Assembly: GCA_016432425.1 (NCBI GenBank) | Contig: CP066688.1 | Location: 212,368-276,367 of the forward strand | DNA from: Candidatus Daviesbacteria bacterium | GTDB lineage: Bacteria; Patescibacteriota; Microgenomatia; Daviesbacterales; UBA10151 | Direction: 5' to 3' | DNA: 64,000 nt | Shown here: positions 27,527 through 37,607 of the stretch, piece by piece | Layout: each line of letters starts with the position of its first letter | How positions within the stretch are numbered: position 1 is the stretch's first letter | Made by a program: the position numbers and the translations under genes | The notes under the pieces: model-generated | Databases searched by the model: none | Told to the model about the DNA's origin: nothing | What the model saw: only the letters and a program-made list of their open reading frames with translations

Positions 27527-28834
27527 TCATTTAATAAACAGTCGCAGCAGGGTTTTAGTAACCACTATTGCGGTAAACATTGACACTAACACTCCAATTG
27601 CCAAAGTAATGGCAAAACCCCTCACAATTGAGGTGCCAAAATAATATAAAATCACCGCGGTCATCAAAGAAGAAGTATTAGAAGCCCAAATTGAACTCCA
27701 GGCTCTAGTAAAACCTAACTCCAAAGCCACAGTTTTGCTTTTTCCCCAACGCAACTCTTCTTTCATTCTCTCAAAAATTAAAATATTAGCATCCACTGCC
27801 ATCCCGATAGACAAAATAAACCCGGCAATTCCCGCCAAGGTAAGGGTAATAGGCGGCAAAATAAACCCTCCTGTTTTAAAGATAGCAAAAACTATCAAGG
27901 TATACAAAAGTAAGCTCAAGTCTGCCAAGATTCCCCACCAACCATAGAAGGCTATCATATAGAGAGTTACTATCCCCAATCCAATGGTTCCTGCAATTAA
28001 ACTTTTATTTAAAGAAGACTCTCCTAGACTGGGACCAATATGCAGAGAAGAGATAATTTTAACCGGTACCGGCAAAGCTCCGGCATTAAGTTGAGTGGCA
28101 ATTGTTTTGGCTTGTTCCGTCGTAAACTGACCGGTAATAACAGCATTACCGTCAGTAATTTCTTGTTTGACAGTAGGAGCCTCAATTGGTTGTCCGTCTA
28201 AAAATATCGGCAAGGGTTTGCCAATATTTCGTCTGGTAATTTCGGCAAATTTCCTTGCTCCCTCAGCGCTAAATTCCAGGGAAACTTGCGGTCCGGACTG
28301 ACCGGCAGAGGTACCAAAAGTAACACTGGCCCGCTTTAAATCAGCTCCGGTTAAACCAGTTGGTTTAGCCTGCAAAATGGCTGCCAACAAAGCTGAACTT
28401 GAAGCTTCCGGAGAAGTATCGGGAGGTATTTCTCGAAAATCTAACTGGGCAGTTTTCCCCACTAACTCTGCTGCAACAGAAGAATCTTTTACTCCCGGCA
28501 ACTCTACCAAAATTCGCTGCTGCTGCCCCAGCTTAGAAGTTTGTACCACCGCCTCAGAAACTCCAAACAAATTAACTCTTCGCTCAATAATTTCTTTGGC
28601 TGATATTAAGGCATTATCCCGCTCATTAGGGCTGATCTTATCCATTTGAGCCTGCAAAACCAGTTGGGTGCCGCCTTGCAAATCTAACCCCAACTTCAAG
28701 GGAAATTTCTGGGCAATCGTTTTTGCTAAAGGTAAGTTAGTAAGAAATCTTTCCGGCAAAACAGTGGGTAAATCCACCACCAAAGAGATTGCCAAAAGCA
28801 ACAAAATAATCCAAGGAGTAATCCTTCTCATCAT
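27527..28834 (-). CDS. secD: Protein translocase subunit SecD
   Basis: 435 aa. SecD family, periplasmic domain plus six C-terminal TM helices. Confidence 0.85.
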   Translation of the reverse strand: MMRRITPWIILLLLAISLVVDLPTVLPERFLTNLPLAKTIAQKFPLKLGLDLQGGTQLVLQAQMDKISPNERDNALISAKEIIERRVNLFGVSEAVVQTSKLGQQQRILVELPGVKDSSVAAELVGKTAQLDFREIPPDTSPEASSSALLAAILQAKPTGLTGADLKRASVTFGTSAGQSGPQVSLEFSAEGARKFAEITRRNIGKPLPIFLDGQPIEAPTVKQEITDGNAVITGQFTTEQAKTIATQLNAGALPVPVKIISSLHIGPSLGESSLNKSLIAGTIGLGIVTLYMIAFYGWWGILADLSLLLYTLIVFAIFKTGGFILPPITLTLAGIAGFILSIGMAVDANILIFERMKEELRWGKSKTVALELGFTRAWSSIWASNTSSLMTAVILYYFGTSIVRGFAITLAIGVLVSMFTAIVVTKTLLRLFIK

Positions 28835-28861
28835 TAATTACTATACCGCAATTGCAAGGCC

Positions 28862-29446
28862 TTAAACCATTCCTTCGAGTAATTGGTTTTCATCACCAAT
28901 CAACATCACTTTGGGCTGAACCAAAACTCGTAAAATAAAAGGGTCACGGCGCCTCACTCTAAACTGAAACTCTTCTTCTGGCATGGGAGAATAATTAATT
29001 TCCGCCTCCCTCTTGGCTTGCTCATCTGATACCAAAGCCTGCAGTTCCGGCAAAACAATCTGCCCCACCACTAGAAGATCTACATCTTCACTTCCAGCTG
29101 GAACTCCTTTCAAAAAGCGAGTGGAGACTAAAGCATATTTAATCCTCCCCAGCTTAGCCCTGTTTTTTAAAATAGCGCCGCCCAAGCCCGTAGTTTTGGC
29201 CACCAAGGCAAGCAGTTCTGGATAAAAAACATAATCCGTTCTAAATTTATAGAGCCGACGGTTAGCCCGCCACTCTGATGAAACCAAACCGAACTTCTCC
29301 ATTCGGGAAAGTTCCCGCCTAACAGCATTAATCTCTTCATCAACCCGACGGACAATTTCTCGAACATGGAAAATTTTATCCTGAGAAGATAAAAAAAGTT
29401 GCAGTATTTTTACCCGGACTCGGGAAACAAATAGTTCCTCTAACAT
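28862..29446 (-). CDS. Winged-helix DNA-binding protein (hypothetical regulator)
   Basis: 194 aa. N-terminal wHTH-like region (VRVKILQLFL...FHVREIVRRV). Confidence 0.4.
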   Translation of the reverse strand: MLEELFVSRVRVKILQLFLSSQDKIFHVREIVRRVDEEINAVRRELSRMEKFGLVSSEWRANRRLYKFRTDYVFYPELLALVAKTTGLGGAILKNRAKLGRIKYALVSTRFLKGVPAGSEDVDLLVVGQIVLPELQALVSDEQAKREAEINYSPMPEEEFQFRVRRRDPFILRVLVQPKVMLIGDENQLLEGMV

Positions 29447-29476
29447 CTTTCACCACCTCTCTGGGCAGCTTTTTTT

Positions 29477-30652
29477 CTAAAAACTAACTTTGGATCCCTC
29501 CGGGACAGTTTGGATCCAAATTTGTCCTCGATTTAAAGCAATTTCCAAACCTTTACTGTCCAAATATTTAGTTTTTGACAGGCGAGAAGCTTTACTCCAA
29601 GTTCCCTCAATGACCTTACCATCTTCAAAAATTAAAGCCTTCCCTTTACCGGTTGTTCCGTAAAGTAAATGGATATTCCCCGGGTAGCCATCATTGGCAT
29701 TTCTCTCCACCTCAAATTGAACAATCACTACCTTAGATTGTAGCTGCGCTTTGGTATTTAAATCCAGATGGGGAGAGCCATTTTTGCGCTGATAGCAATT
29801 ACAGTTTTTATCATAAGCCCAAGTTACTTGGTAATTTGGTTGGTTGCTCCAGAAATCAACCATAATACTGCTAATCTCTCCTGCGGCCTGATCATCTTTA
29901 AATTTCCATTTGGTGAAATTTTTATCCCAAGGCACTTTATCTTCATCTACATTAGTCCAACCCCGTTTGGCTCCTACTGCCCACAGTTTTTCGGTAGTGG
30001 AATACATGGTATGTTCAGTCGCCACCGGATGGCCCAACCGCTGATAATCACGCCAAAAAGTGGGGAAGCCAATACCAAATTGGTTTAAGTCTTTGACTCC
30101 ATATTTAATAATTTGGGACAGGGCATCAGCCGGGCCGGGAGTGTTGGCGCCTCCCACATGAGCATATAAGGCATCATATTCTCCCAACCAATCCAGATAA
30201 TAAGTTCTGGCTGATCTGACAGGCCCGACTTGAATATCACCTATATTGCAATAAAACATGGCCATAAACCTGGTAATGCCGCCTTCAGCCACTGCCTCGT
30301 AAACTACATCGGCTTTAGACAGTCCTGATTGGGGCCTAGCTTCACTATGGTTTTCAATCATCACTGCCAAGGGGCGTTTTTTCTCCCAAGCTTCTTTAGC
30401 TGGCTCAGTGTGCATATTACCGTTTAAAGGGCACTCTGCTGTGCGGGGCAAATTAGGGTCTTCGCCGCCATCTGAGGTCGGAGTAGGCAAAGGGGTAGTC
30501 AAAGGTAAAGATAGTCCTTTGCTTAAACCTTTGGTAAAAACAGAATAGGCGACAGAAGTAGACAGTCCATAGAGTATGGTCACCACAATGACGGAAACTA
30601 AAATTTTTTGTAAGCTAGTTAAATTTTCAAAAATATTGACAAGTTTATCCAT
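29477..30652 (-). CDS. DUF3048 (YerB-like) domain protein
   Basis: AVMIENHSEARPQSGLSKADVVYEAVAEGGITRFMA core of DUF3048. N-terminal TM anchor. Confidence 0.6.
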   Translation of the reverse strand: MDKLVNIFENLTSLQKILVSVIVVTILYGLSTSVAYSVFTKGLSKGLSLPLTTPLPTPTSDGGEDPNLPRTAECPLNGNMHTEPAKEAWEKKRPLAVMIENHSEARPQSGLSKADVVYEAVAEGGITRFMAMFYCNIGDIQVGPVRSARTYYLDWLGEYDALYAHVGGANTPGPADALSQIIKYGVKDLNQFGIGFPTFWRDYQRLGHPVATEHTMYSTTEKLWAVGAKRGWTNVDEDKVPWDKNFTKWKFKDDQAAGEISSIMVDFWSNQPNYQVTWAYDKNCNCYQRKNGSPHLDLNTKAQLQSKVVIVQFEVERNANDGYPGNIHLLYGTTGKGKALIFEDGKVIEGTWSKASRLSKTKYLDSKGLEIALNRGQIWIQTVPEGSKVSF

Positions 30653-31130
30653 GTTTTAAAGCTTGTTTAACTACTGTTTTTTCCTCGCTTGACAGTTCAT
30701 ATTTACCGGATTTTCCTAAAATAACTGGTTTAGCAAAAACCCTCGTGCCAGAAACACTATGCAAACTGGTCACAACCAAACCATTTCCTCCCTCATCCAG
30801 CAAGGCCAGAGAAAAACTTAAATCTCCTCCGGTATTATCGTAGGGATTATAACGCAGCAAAGCAGTATTTTGCACATGCGTTAAACCATCCCGCTGCAAA
30901 TCCGCCAGTTTAACCCTCACTTCTTTTAAATCTTCCTTAAATTCTTCGACCGACTTAAGCACTTCCTCAAATTTTTTTCTAATATCCCGCTCGTTTGACT
31001 TAGGAAATAAATTTTGTAAAAATTTTTGATTCCTAAAACCTAAGTAACTTAAAATTCCCAGCCATAAAGTTGTCACTACTGTCAGAAAAACTACCCAAAA
31101 AGGGAGTATACTTCCCCAAACCGAATACAT
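30645..31130 (-). CDS. DUF4446-family protein
   Basis: 161 aa. N-terminal TM, coiled-coil, and C-terminal region typical of DUF4446. Confidence 0.5.
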   Translation of the reverse strand: MYSVWGSILPFWVVFLTVVTTLWLGILSYLGFRNQKFLQNLFPKSNERDIRKKFEEVLKSVEEFKEDLKEVRVKLADLQRDGLTHVQNTALLRYNPYDNTGGDLSFSLALLDEGGNGLVVTSLHSVSGTRVFAKPVILGKSGKYELSSEEKTVVKQALKHG

Positions 31131-31276
31131 AAGTTACTCTTTAACTATACCGATACTATAAAAAAATGTCAATGTACAGGGAATTATTTTTTAAAAATAT
31201 TTAATAGACTCATAGTTTTAGGTTCAACTGATGCTTGACAGGCATAAATAGCTATGTTAGGCTCATATGCGTAATC

Positions 31277-31552
31277 ATGCCTATTACTCAAACCCGCAAT
31301 CAAGATTTGGAAAAAAGGTTAGCTTTCTTACGTTCACAGCTTTATGGCAAAAAATCACCAAACCAACAAGTTAGCCTATCAGCAGTTCACCAGACCAACC
31401 GATCAACCGATACTTTGACGCACCGACCTACTGATTTAAGCTTCCTGCGCCAGGATCTTTTAAGAATTTTCCTCTTGGCCGGAGCAGCCTTTGCTTTTCA
31501 ATTCGGTCTCTATTTTGCCTTATTCAAAAATATCATTAAATTACCGTTATGA
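31277..31552 (+). CDS. Hypothetical small protein with C-terminal TM helix
   Basis: ORF only. Start uncertain: the listed ORF begins at 31235 with TTG. The internal ATG at 31277 seems likelier. Confidence 0.25.
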   Translation: MPITQTRNQDLEKRLAFLRSQLYGKKSPNQQVSLSAVHQTNRSTDTLTHRPTDLSFLRQDLLRIFLLAGAAFAFQFGLYFALFKNIIKLPL

Positions 31553-31655
31553 TATTCGAGAGTAAGTACGACTGGGCAATTTTGCAGACTTACTAAATTA
31601 AAAACATTAATTATGACAAAATTGTCCAAAAATTGAAAGGGGGTGAATTTAATTT

Positions 31656-31802
31656 ATGGCACAAATGTATTGCGTTAAATGCCGCACCAAAAGAGATGCC
31701 AACAACACACAAGAGGTGACCTTAAAAAATGGCCGCAAAGCCACTAAAGGAACCTGTTCCGTTTGCGGTACCTCTATGTTTAGAATCGGTGGTGCTGCTT
31801 AA
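31656..31802 (+). CDS. DUF5679-like zinc-ribbon mini-protein (48 aa)
   Basis: MAQMYCVKCRTKRD...CSVCGTSMFRIGGAA with two CxxC pairs. Strong SD (GAAAGGGGGTG) 8 nt upstream. Below the ORF-track size cutoff. Confidence 0.6.
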   Translation: MAQMYCVKCRTKRDANNTQEVTLKNGRKATKGTCSVCGTSMFRIGGAA

Positions 31803-31832
31803 ACTTTAAAATCCGTATATGGATTTTTCTAA

Positions 31833-31860
31833 AACCCCGTCTTTTTGGCGGGGTTTTTAG
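31833..31860. terminator. Bidirectional intrinsic terminator AAAACCCCGtctttttggCGGGGTTTTT between convergent genes
   Basis: 5-6 bp GC stem flanked by an A-run and a T-run, read directly. Lies between the DUF5679 gene (+) and comM (-). Confidence 0.6.
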
Positions 31861-33399
31861 TTAAACTTCTTCTCTGGAGCGATACTGCAAAGCTTCCGCC
31901 ACATGTTCCCCTAAAATATTTTTTTCTTCTGCCAAATCCGCAATTGTCCGGGACAATTTTAAGACCCGATGGTAACTACGGGCTGATAAATTTAAGGAAG
32001 ATATGGCGATTTTTAAAAGGTTCATTCCTTCTTCTGTAATCTGACAAAACTTCTTAATTTCTGCACTGCCCATCTCCGAATTAGTTAAAACTCCACTGTC
32101 AAATCTGCTTTGTTGAATTTTTCTGGCCTTCTCCACTCTTTTTCTTATTTGCACTGAGCTTTCCGGAATTTGATCATCCACTAATTTTTCCATTTCTACT
32201 GCCGGCACTTCTAAATGGATATCAATTCGATCCAGGAGTGGTCCAGATAATTTCTTTTGGTAACGGGAAACTTGACCAGGCAAACAAGAGCAGTTTTTCT
32301 TGCGGTCTCCCAAAAACCCACACGGGCAAGGATTGCAAGCTCCCACCAAAATAAACTTGGCCGGAAAAGTTAAACTACCGGAAGCCCGGGAAATAGTAAT
32401 CAGATTATCTTCCAGGGGCTGGCGGAGCGCCTCTAATACTTGGCGGGGGAATTCCGGCAGTTCATCCAAAAAAAGTACCCCCCGATGGGCCAGCGAAATT
32501 TCTCCTGGTTTAATATTATTTCCTCCGCCAATTAAACCAATGTGTGAGGCGCTATGATGAGGAGCACGAAAAGGGCGCTCTTTCACCAGAGACCGGTTGC
32601 CGGACAAATAACCAGAAATAGAATAAATTTTGGTAATCTCAATTGCCTCTGCCAAAGTTAAGGACGGCAAAATTGAAGGAAAGGCCCGGGCCAGCATAGT
32701 TTTACCTGCTCCCGGTGGACCTTTTAATAAAACATTGTGGCCTCCGGCGGCTGCGATTTCCAAGGCCCGTTTAGCCAGTTGTTGACCTTTAATTTGAGAA
32801 AAATCATATTCATATACCCGATCTTCATTTAAGCTAATTGTCTGAAGTGGCAGCGGCTCACCAGTGGTTTGCCCCAATAATACTTTTAGTAAATCTACCA
32901 AATTTTCAAAAGAAAACACTTTTAAATCTTGCATTACTCCGGCCTCTAAACCATTATCTTTGGGGACAATCATACTTTCTAACCCCAAGTCTTTGGCCAA
33001 AACAGCCAGAGGTAAAATACCATGGGTTTTGCGCAGAGCCCCATCCAGGGCCAACTCTCCTACTACTAAAGTTTTTTCTAAATTTATGCCAGCTTCCAAA
33101 TGAGAGGGTATCTGCCCGCTGGAAAGTAAAATTCCTAAAGCAATGGGTAAATCATAAGCAGGCCCTTCTTTGGGTAAATCAGCCGGAGCTAAATTAACAG
33201 TAATTCTCCGGGGAGGAAAATCTACCCCACAATTTCGCAGAGCCGCCCGAACTCTTTCTTTGCTTTCCTCGACTGCCCGGTCTGCCAACCCCACAATAGT
33301 AAAAGAGGGTAAACCCTGGTTGGCAATATCCACCTCAACTGTGACCAACACTCCATCCAATCCCACATTGGCCCCGGATAAAATTTTTGCCAGCATCAA
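31861..33399 (-). CDS. comM: YifB/ComM-family Mg-chelatase-like AAA+ ATPase
   Basis: 512 aa. Walker A GPPGAGKT. Lon-like N-terminal domain. CxxC...C Zn motif. Confidence 0.85.
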   Translation of the reverse strand: MMLAKILSGANVGLDGVLVTVEVDIANQGLPSFTIVGLADRAVEESKERVRAALRNCGVDFPPRRITVNLAPADLPKEGPAYDLPIALGILLSSGQIPSHLEAGINLEKTLVVGELALDGALRKTHGILPLAVLAKDLGLESMIVPKDNGLEAGVMQDLKVFSFENLVDLLKVLLGQTTGEPLPLQTISLNEDRVYEYDFSQIKGQQLAKRALEIAAAGGHNVLLKGPPGAGKTMLARAFPSILPSLTLAEAIEITKIYSISGYLSGNRSLVKERPFRAPHHSASHIGLIGGGNNIKPGEISLAHRGVLFLDELPEFPRQVLEALRQPLEDNLITISRASGSLTFPAKFILVGACNPCPCGFLGDRKKNCSCLPGQVSRYQKKLSGPLLDRIDIHLEVPAVEMEKLVDDQIPESSVQIRKRVEKARKIQQSRFDSGVLTNSEMGSAEIKKFCQITEEGMNLLKIAISSLNLSARSYHRVLKLSRTIADLAEEKNILGEHVAEALQYRSREEV

Positions 33400-33409
33400 T
33401 TTAAGTATA

Positions 33410-33841
33410 TCAGTGAGCTACCATCTCTTGCCATTTTTTTATAACGTTTTGCAAATACCAATCATAAGCTTCTCCTGAAGTACTACAAACCTCTTTTAAA
33501 TCATCAAATACTTCAAATTCAAAATAGGGTGGTAAATAGGGTAACCCGTGTGATCTGCGCAGATCATCCAGATCAGCTGGATCTAAAACTAAAACTCCGC
33601 CTACCTCGTAATGGGAACCGTCTGGCTGCCAAAATTTTGCCGGTCCCTCTTGCGTACCGGGAAAATAAAAAACTACCCCCTCGCCCACAAGTGTAGCAGT
33701 AGCTGTAGTAAAGAATGGTCTTCGATGAAAACTACCGCTAGTAATTCTATTACTGACCACCAAACGAGGTGGTTTGTACCACTTTTGCATCTCCATCACC
33801 CAAGTATTAAGAGGATATTTGCTAATTAAATTTTCCGGCAT
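33410..33841 (-). CDS. Hypothetical protein (143 aa)
   Basis: ORF with good coding appearance. No recognised motif. Confidence 0.4.
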   Translation of the reverse strand: MPENLISKYPLNTWVMEMQKWYKPPRLVVSNRITSGSFHRRPFFTTATATLVGEGVVFYFPGTQEGPAKFWQPDGSHYEVGGVLVLDPADLDDLRRSHGLPYLPPYFEFEVFDDLKEVCSTSGEAYDWYLQNVIKKWQEMVAH

Positions 33842-33890
33842 AATTTAGGAAATTTATATTACAAAATTAACTACCTTGTAAATAAGCAAT

Positions 33891-33919
33891 TTGAATTAAA
33901 AAGTTAGTTTTTGTATAAT
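33891..33919 (+). promoter_or_regulatory. Consensus sigma70 promoter TTGAAT, 17-nt spacer, TATAAT driving rnpB
   Basis: Read directly. The -10 ends 6 nt before the first base of the P1 helix. Confidence 0.6.
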
Positions 33920-33924
33920 ATATG

Positions 33925-34221
33925 GGCCTAGGAAGCAGGACGATTAGTCCGACGAGCGCAAGCGATATCGGACAGGAAAGTCCAGACAGCATAGAGCAGG
34001 GTGTCCGGTGTAAACCGGCCAGCCGTAAGGCAGAGTTAGAGCAACAGTGACGAACCGAGGTCAAGCTCGGGTGAAACGGGCAATCCTCCCCGCTGCAATC
34101 CTAGAACCGATTAAGCTGCTCGCTTAACAATCGAAATCAGGAGCATTAGACAAATTATCGTCGGTAGTTTAGTTACCAGAGCTAAATTACTAACAGAATC
34201 TGGCTTACTAACTTCCTAGGC
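33925..34221 (+). ncRNA. rnpB: RNase P RNA (bacterial-type, compact, ~297 nt)
   Basis: 5' P4 strand AGGAAAGTCCAGACAGCATAGAGCAGGGTG matches E. coli GGAAAGUCCGGGCUCCAUAGGGCAGGGUG. 3' P4 strand ACAGAATCTGGCTTA matches ACAGAACCCGGCUUA. P1 pairs GGCCTAGGAAG (33925-33935) with CTTCCTAGGC (34212-34221). Confidence 0.8.
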
Positions 34222-34255
34222 AGAATCTGGCTTATGATTCGACGTAGTTGAATCT

Positions 34256-34321
34256 CAAGGTTCTCACGAAGCGAGGTTCTTTAGAGCGAAGCTCGCAAGG
34301 TTCTCACGAAGTGAGGTTCTT
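34256..34321. repeat. Tandem 40-bp direct repeat (caaggttctcacgaag[c/t]gaggttctt) containing palindromic CTCAC-gaa-GTGAG hairpins
   Basis: Read directly. Copies at 34256-34281 and 34296-34321 with one mismatch. Flanked by two copies of actaacttcc[t/c]aggc (34207-34221 and 34322-34336). A T-run follows at 34340. Confidence 0.5.
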
Positions 34322-34343
34322 ACTAACTTCCCAGGCAAATTTT

Positions 34344-35315
34344 TTAAGGTTTTTCTTTTTCTAATAGCATCTCTGAAACAATTATCTGCAGTACTACTGT
34401 CAAAGGTACTGCCAATAAAGCTCCTACAATTCCCAACAGCCTACTCCCTACCGCAATGGCTAAAATAACTACCAAAGGGTTTAACCCTACTGCCCGACCC
34501 ATCACCTGAGGCACAATTAAATGATTTTCTAACTGTTGAATAACAAAATACATCACTGCCACTCCCAAAGCTAAGATGGGAGAGATGGTAAAGGCCAGGA
34601 GAATTCCAGGAATAGCTGCTACAATCGGTCCGATCACCGGAACTATTTCCAATATCCCGGCCACAATTGCCAGTGTCAGGGCATAAGGAATATTTAGTAA
34701 AAAAAGTCCGATGTAGACTAAAACCCCAATAATCAAACTTAAAAACAGTTGCCCTCTCACCCAAGCCCCCAATCTTTCTTCTATTTTAATAGTGAGATTT
34801 TGAATTTGGTGTTGGCGATGTAAAAATAAGGCAGCTGTCCGTTTTTCCAGATTTTCTCTCTCTAATAAAAGATAAAAGGTTAAAACTAATAAAAATAAAA
34901 TGGTAATAATATTATCAAAAACTACCAGAGTAAACGATAATAAATTTTTGGATAAATCTGCTACTTGGGATTGCAAAAAGGTTTGATCGATATTATTAAT
35001 GTTAAAATATTGCACCAAGAGGGTGGGAAAGGTGTCAATTAATTTGTTGCTTTGTTCCACCAGGAGCGGTAAAAACCCCAGCAGGATACCGCCAAAGGCG
35101 GCTATTATAATAATGTAGGTTATCAGTATGCCAAGTGCTTTGGGAAACTTAAGTTTAGTAAAAAAACTAACTACCGGAGCTAAAGCTGACATTAAAATGA
35201 CTGCAATAAACAGCAAAATTAGCAAATCCCTGATTAAATAAACAATCCAAAGTCCCAGTAAAAATACTGTAATAAAAATAATAGTTTTGTGGGAAATATC
35301 AATTTTTCTTGGCAT
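34344..35315 (-). CDS. AI-2E family transporter (UPF0118/PerM-like)
   Basis: 323 aa, 8 TM helices. AI-2E family sequence pattern. Confidence 0.8.
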   Translation of the reverse strand: MPRKIDISHKTIIFITVFLLGLWIVYLIRDLLILLFIAVILMSALAPVVSFFTKLKFPKALGILITYIIIIAAFGGILLGFLPLLVEQSNKLIDTFPTLLVQYFNINNIDQTFLQSQVADLSKNLLSFTLVVFDNIITILFLLVLTFYLLLERENLEKRTAALFLHRQHQIQNLTIKIEERLGAWVRGQLFLSLIIGVLVYIGLFLLNIPYALTLAIVAGILEIVPVIGPIVAAIPGILLAFTISPILALGVAVMYFVIQQLENHLIVPQVMGRAVGLNPLVVILAIAVGSRLLGIVGALLAVPLTVVLQIIVSEMLLEKEKP

Positions 35316-35316
35316 A

Positions 35317-36312
35317 TTACTTTATCTCACTATAATACCATTTAGCCAGCATTTTTTCTATTTTTTCTTCAAAATTACTTTCAGTCATATCAAACCATTT
35401 AATCTGCGGATCTTTTTTTAACCAGGTTAACTGCTTCCTAATAAATCCATGAATTTTACTTTGAAGTATGTTGATGAAACCAACTGGCCCTTCCAAAGTT
35501 TTAATCTTTCCCTGTAAGTAATCGGCCAAAACCGCATATTCTAATCCCAACGCTTTCATTCTTTTAAAAGTGAGGCCTTTTTGATGTAATTTTTCCGCCT
35601 CTTTGATCATTCCCTGATTAATCCTTATTAGAACCCGCCTGTCAGCATTTTGATACAAAATTTCCCGGGGAGCGATAAGACCAATTTTTAAAATATCTTT
35701 GGTTTTTTTAAGTCCCCTCCATCTTTTCTTTTTATCCCTGTATAAGTTCATCTGTAAAAGTTCGATGGCTCGAACTAGCCGGCGAGAATTTTGCTGATCT
35801 GATTCATTTAATTCTTGCCATTTTTGGGGGGATAATTTTTTAAGTTCTTGTTGCAACTCCCCCAAGGAAAAACTAGCCAATTTCTTTCGTAAATTTAGAT
35901 CAAGAGGTTGCGACAAATTTTCTAAACCATCCACTAAAGCTTTAATATAAAAATAAGTTCCCCCTACTATAATGGGCAATTTATTTCTGCTTATTAAATC
36001 TATCAAATATTTTTGAGCGTCTTGAATATAATTTGCTACTGAATATTGTTTTCTTGGATCAATTAAATCATAAGCCCAAATTTTAATGCCATTAATTTCC
36101 CAAAACCCATTTCCTTTTCTAATTTTTACTTGATTAGATTTTGTCGGTAATTTACCGGTCCCAATGTCTAACCTTTTATAAACTTGACGGGAGTCGCCGC
36201 TTATTATTTCCCCCTGAAATTTTTTCGCCAGCTTTAAGGCTATATCAGTTTTACCTGTAGCCGTTGGCCCCATTATCACCAATAGTTTGTTGTTTTTGAA
36301 CTTTTTGGACAT
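35317..36312 (-). CDS. miaA: tRNA dimethylallyltransferase
   Basis: GPTATGKTD P-loop. IPT family pattern. 331 aa. Confidence 0.85.
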   Translation of the reverse strand: MSKKFKNNKLLVIMGPTATGKTDIALKLAKKFQGEIISGDSRQVYKRLDIGTGKLPTKSNQVKIRKGNGFWEINGIKIWAYDLIDPRKQYSVANYIQDAQKYLIDLISRNKLPIIVGGTYFYIKALVDGLENLSQPLDLNLRKKLASFSLGELQQELKKLSPQKWQELNESDQQNSRRLVRAIELLQMNLYRDKKKRWRGLKKTKDILKIGLIAPREILYQNADRRVLIRINQGMIKEAEKLHQKGLTFKRMKALGLEYAVLADYLQGKIKTLEGPVGFINILQSKIHGFIRKQLTWLKKDPQIKWFDMTESNFEEKIEKMLAKWYYSEIK

Positions 36313-36398
36313 ATCCTCCCACTTTTAATATACTAATTCTACCCTTTGGCCAATAAACGGGCAAACTATGCTTACCAAAAAGTTCAGGAGTATCTTAC

Positions 36399-37592
36399 AT
36401 GTCTAAATACATTATCTTAATTTTAATCTTTACTGCCATAACAAGGCTGTACCATTTGTCCTATCCCAACTCTTATGTATTCGATGAAGTTTATCATGCC
36501 TTTACTGCCAAGGAGTATTTGCAAGGTAATAAAGATGCCTGGAATCCTTATGCCACTCCTCCCAAAGACGTGGCTTACGAATGGTTACATCCTCCCATTG
36601 CTAAAGAGATCATGACCGTTTCCATGTTTATTTTCCGCTCAGACCAAGCTTTTTATTGGCGCTTACCAGGAGCAATTTTAGGGGTATTATCAGTGCTACT
36701 GGTATATTTGCTCGGAAAAGAAATTTTTAAAAATTCATCCATAGCAGTCTTGGCCGGCTTTCTTTTTTCTGTGGACGGACTAAATTTTGTCCAATCACGT
36801 ACCGGCATGAACGACATTTACTTGGTAACTTTTTCTCTTGCATCTGTTCTTTTTTTTGCCAAGAAAAAGTTTTTATGGTCAGCCATATTTTTAGGGCTGG
36901 CATTTTCTTCTAAGTGGCCGGGGATTTTTTTATTGCCAGTTTTTAGCTTTTTTTTAATCAAGCAAAAATTAATTCCCAAAATCCCATTGTTTATTTTTTT
37001 ATCAATTACTATCTATTTACTAAGTTATGCTCCTTATTTTTTAATCGGCTACCGGTTGTCTGATTTTGCGAATTTGCATCAACAAATTTGGTGGTATCAA
37101 ACAAATTTAAAAGCTACCCACAGTTATTCATCTCCCTGGTGGAGCTGGCCCTTAAATTTATATCCTGTTTGGTATTTTGTTGATTATCCGGGAAGGCAGA
37201 TTGCCACCATTTTCGCCTCAGGAAATTCAATCCTATTTTGGTCAGGATTGCTGGCGGTACTCATTAGCACTTATCAATTTATTAAGGGAAAATTTAAATT
37301 TGCCCTCATTTTATTTACATATTTTATTTTTTGGCTACCTTGGGCCATTTCCCCCAGAATTATGTTTTTATACCACTACAGTCCGGCTGTACCATTCTTA
37401 AGTTTAATTTTAAGTTATCAACTTTACCAAATGTGGCAAAAAAAGAGCCTGCGTTTTTTAAGTTTCTTTTTGATCATAATTATTCTTTCAAATTTTATTT
37501 TACTTTATCCTTTTTTAACAGGAATCCCTTTAAACAAAGACTTAGTTAATTTGTTTTTCCGCACCAATCTTGCCCCTAACCCTTTCATCTGA
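36399..37592 (+). CDS. GT-C membrane glycosyltransferase (family 39 / PMT_2-like, phospholipid-carrier dependent)
   Basis: 397 aa, ~11 TM helices. FDEVYHA (DE motif) in the first loop. Confidence 0.6.
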   Translation: MSKYIILILIFTAITRLYHLSYPNSYVFDEVYHAFTAKEYLQGNKDAWNPYATPPKDVAYEWLHPPIAKEIMTVSMFIFRSDQAFYWRLPGAILGVLSVLLVYLLGKEIFKNSSIAVLAGFLFSVDGLNFVQSRTGMNDIYLVTFSLASVLFFAKKKFLWSAIFLGLAFSSKWPGIFLLPVFSFFLIKQKLIPKIPLFIFLSITIYLLSYAPYFLIGYRLSDFANLHQQIWWYQTNLKATHSYSSPWWSWPLNLYPVWYFVDYPGRQIATIFASGNSILFWSGLLAVLISTYQFIKGKFKFALILFTYFIFWLPWAISPRIMFLYHYSPAVPFLSLILSYQLYQMWQKKSLRFLSFFLIIIILSNFILLYPFLTGIPLNKDLVNLFFRTNLAPNPFI

Positions 37593-37607
37593 TAGAATAT
37601 ACATATT

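Noticed and set aside
34441-34764. Minus-strand 107-aa ORF inside the AI-2E transporter gene
   Set aside because: It is an alternative frame of a clear 8-TM transporter gene.
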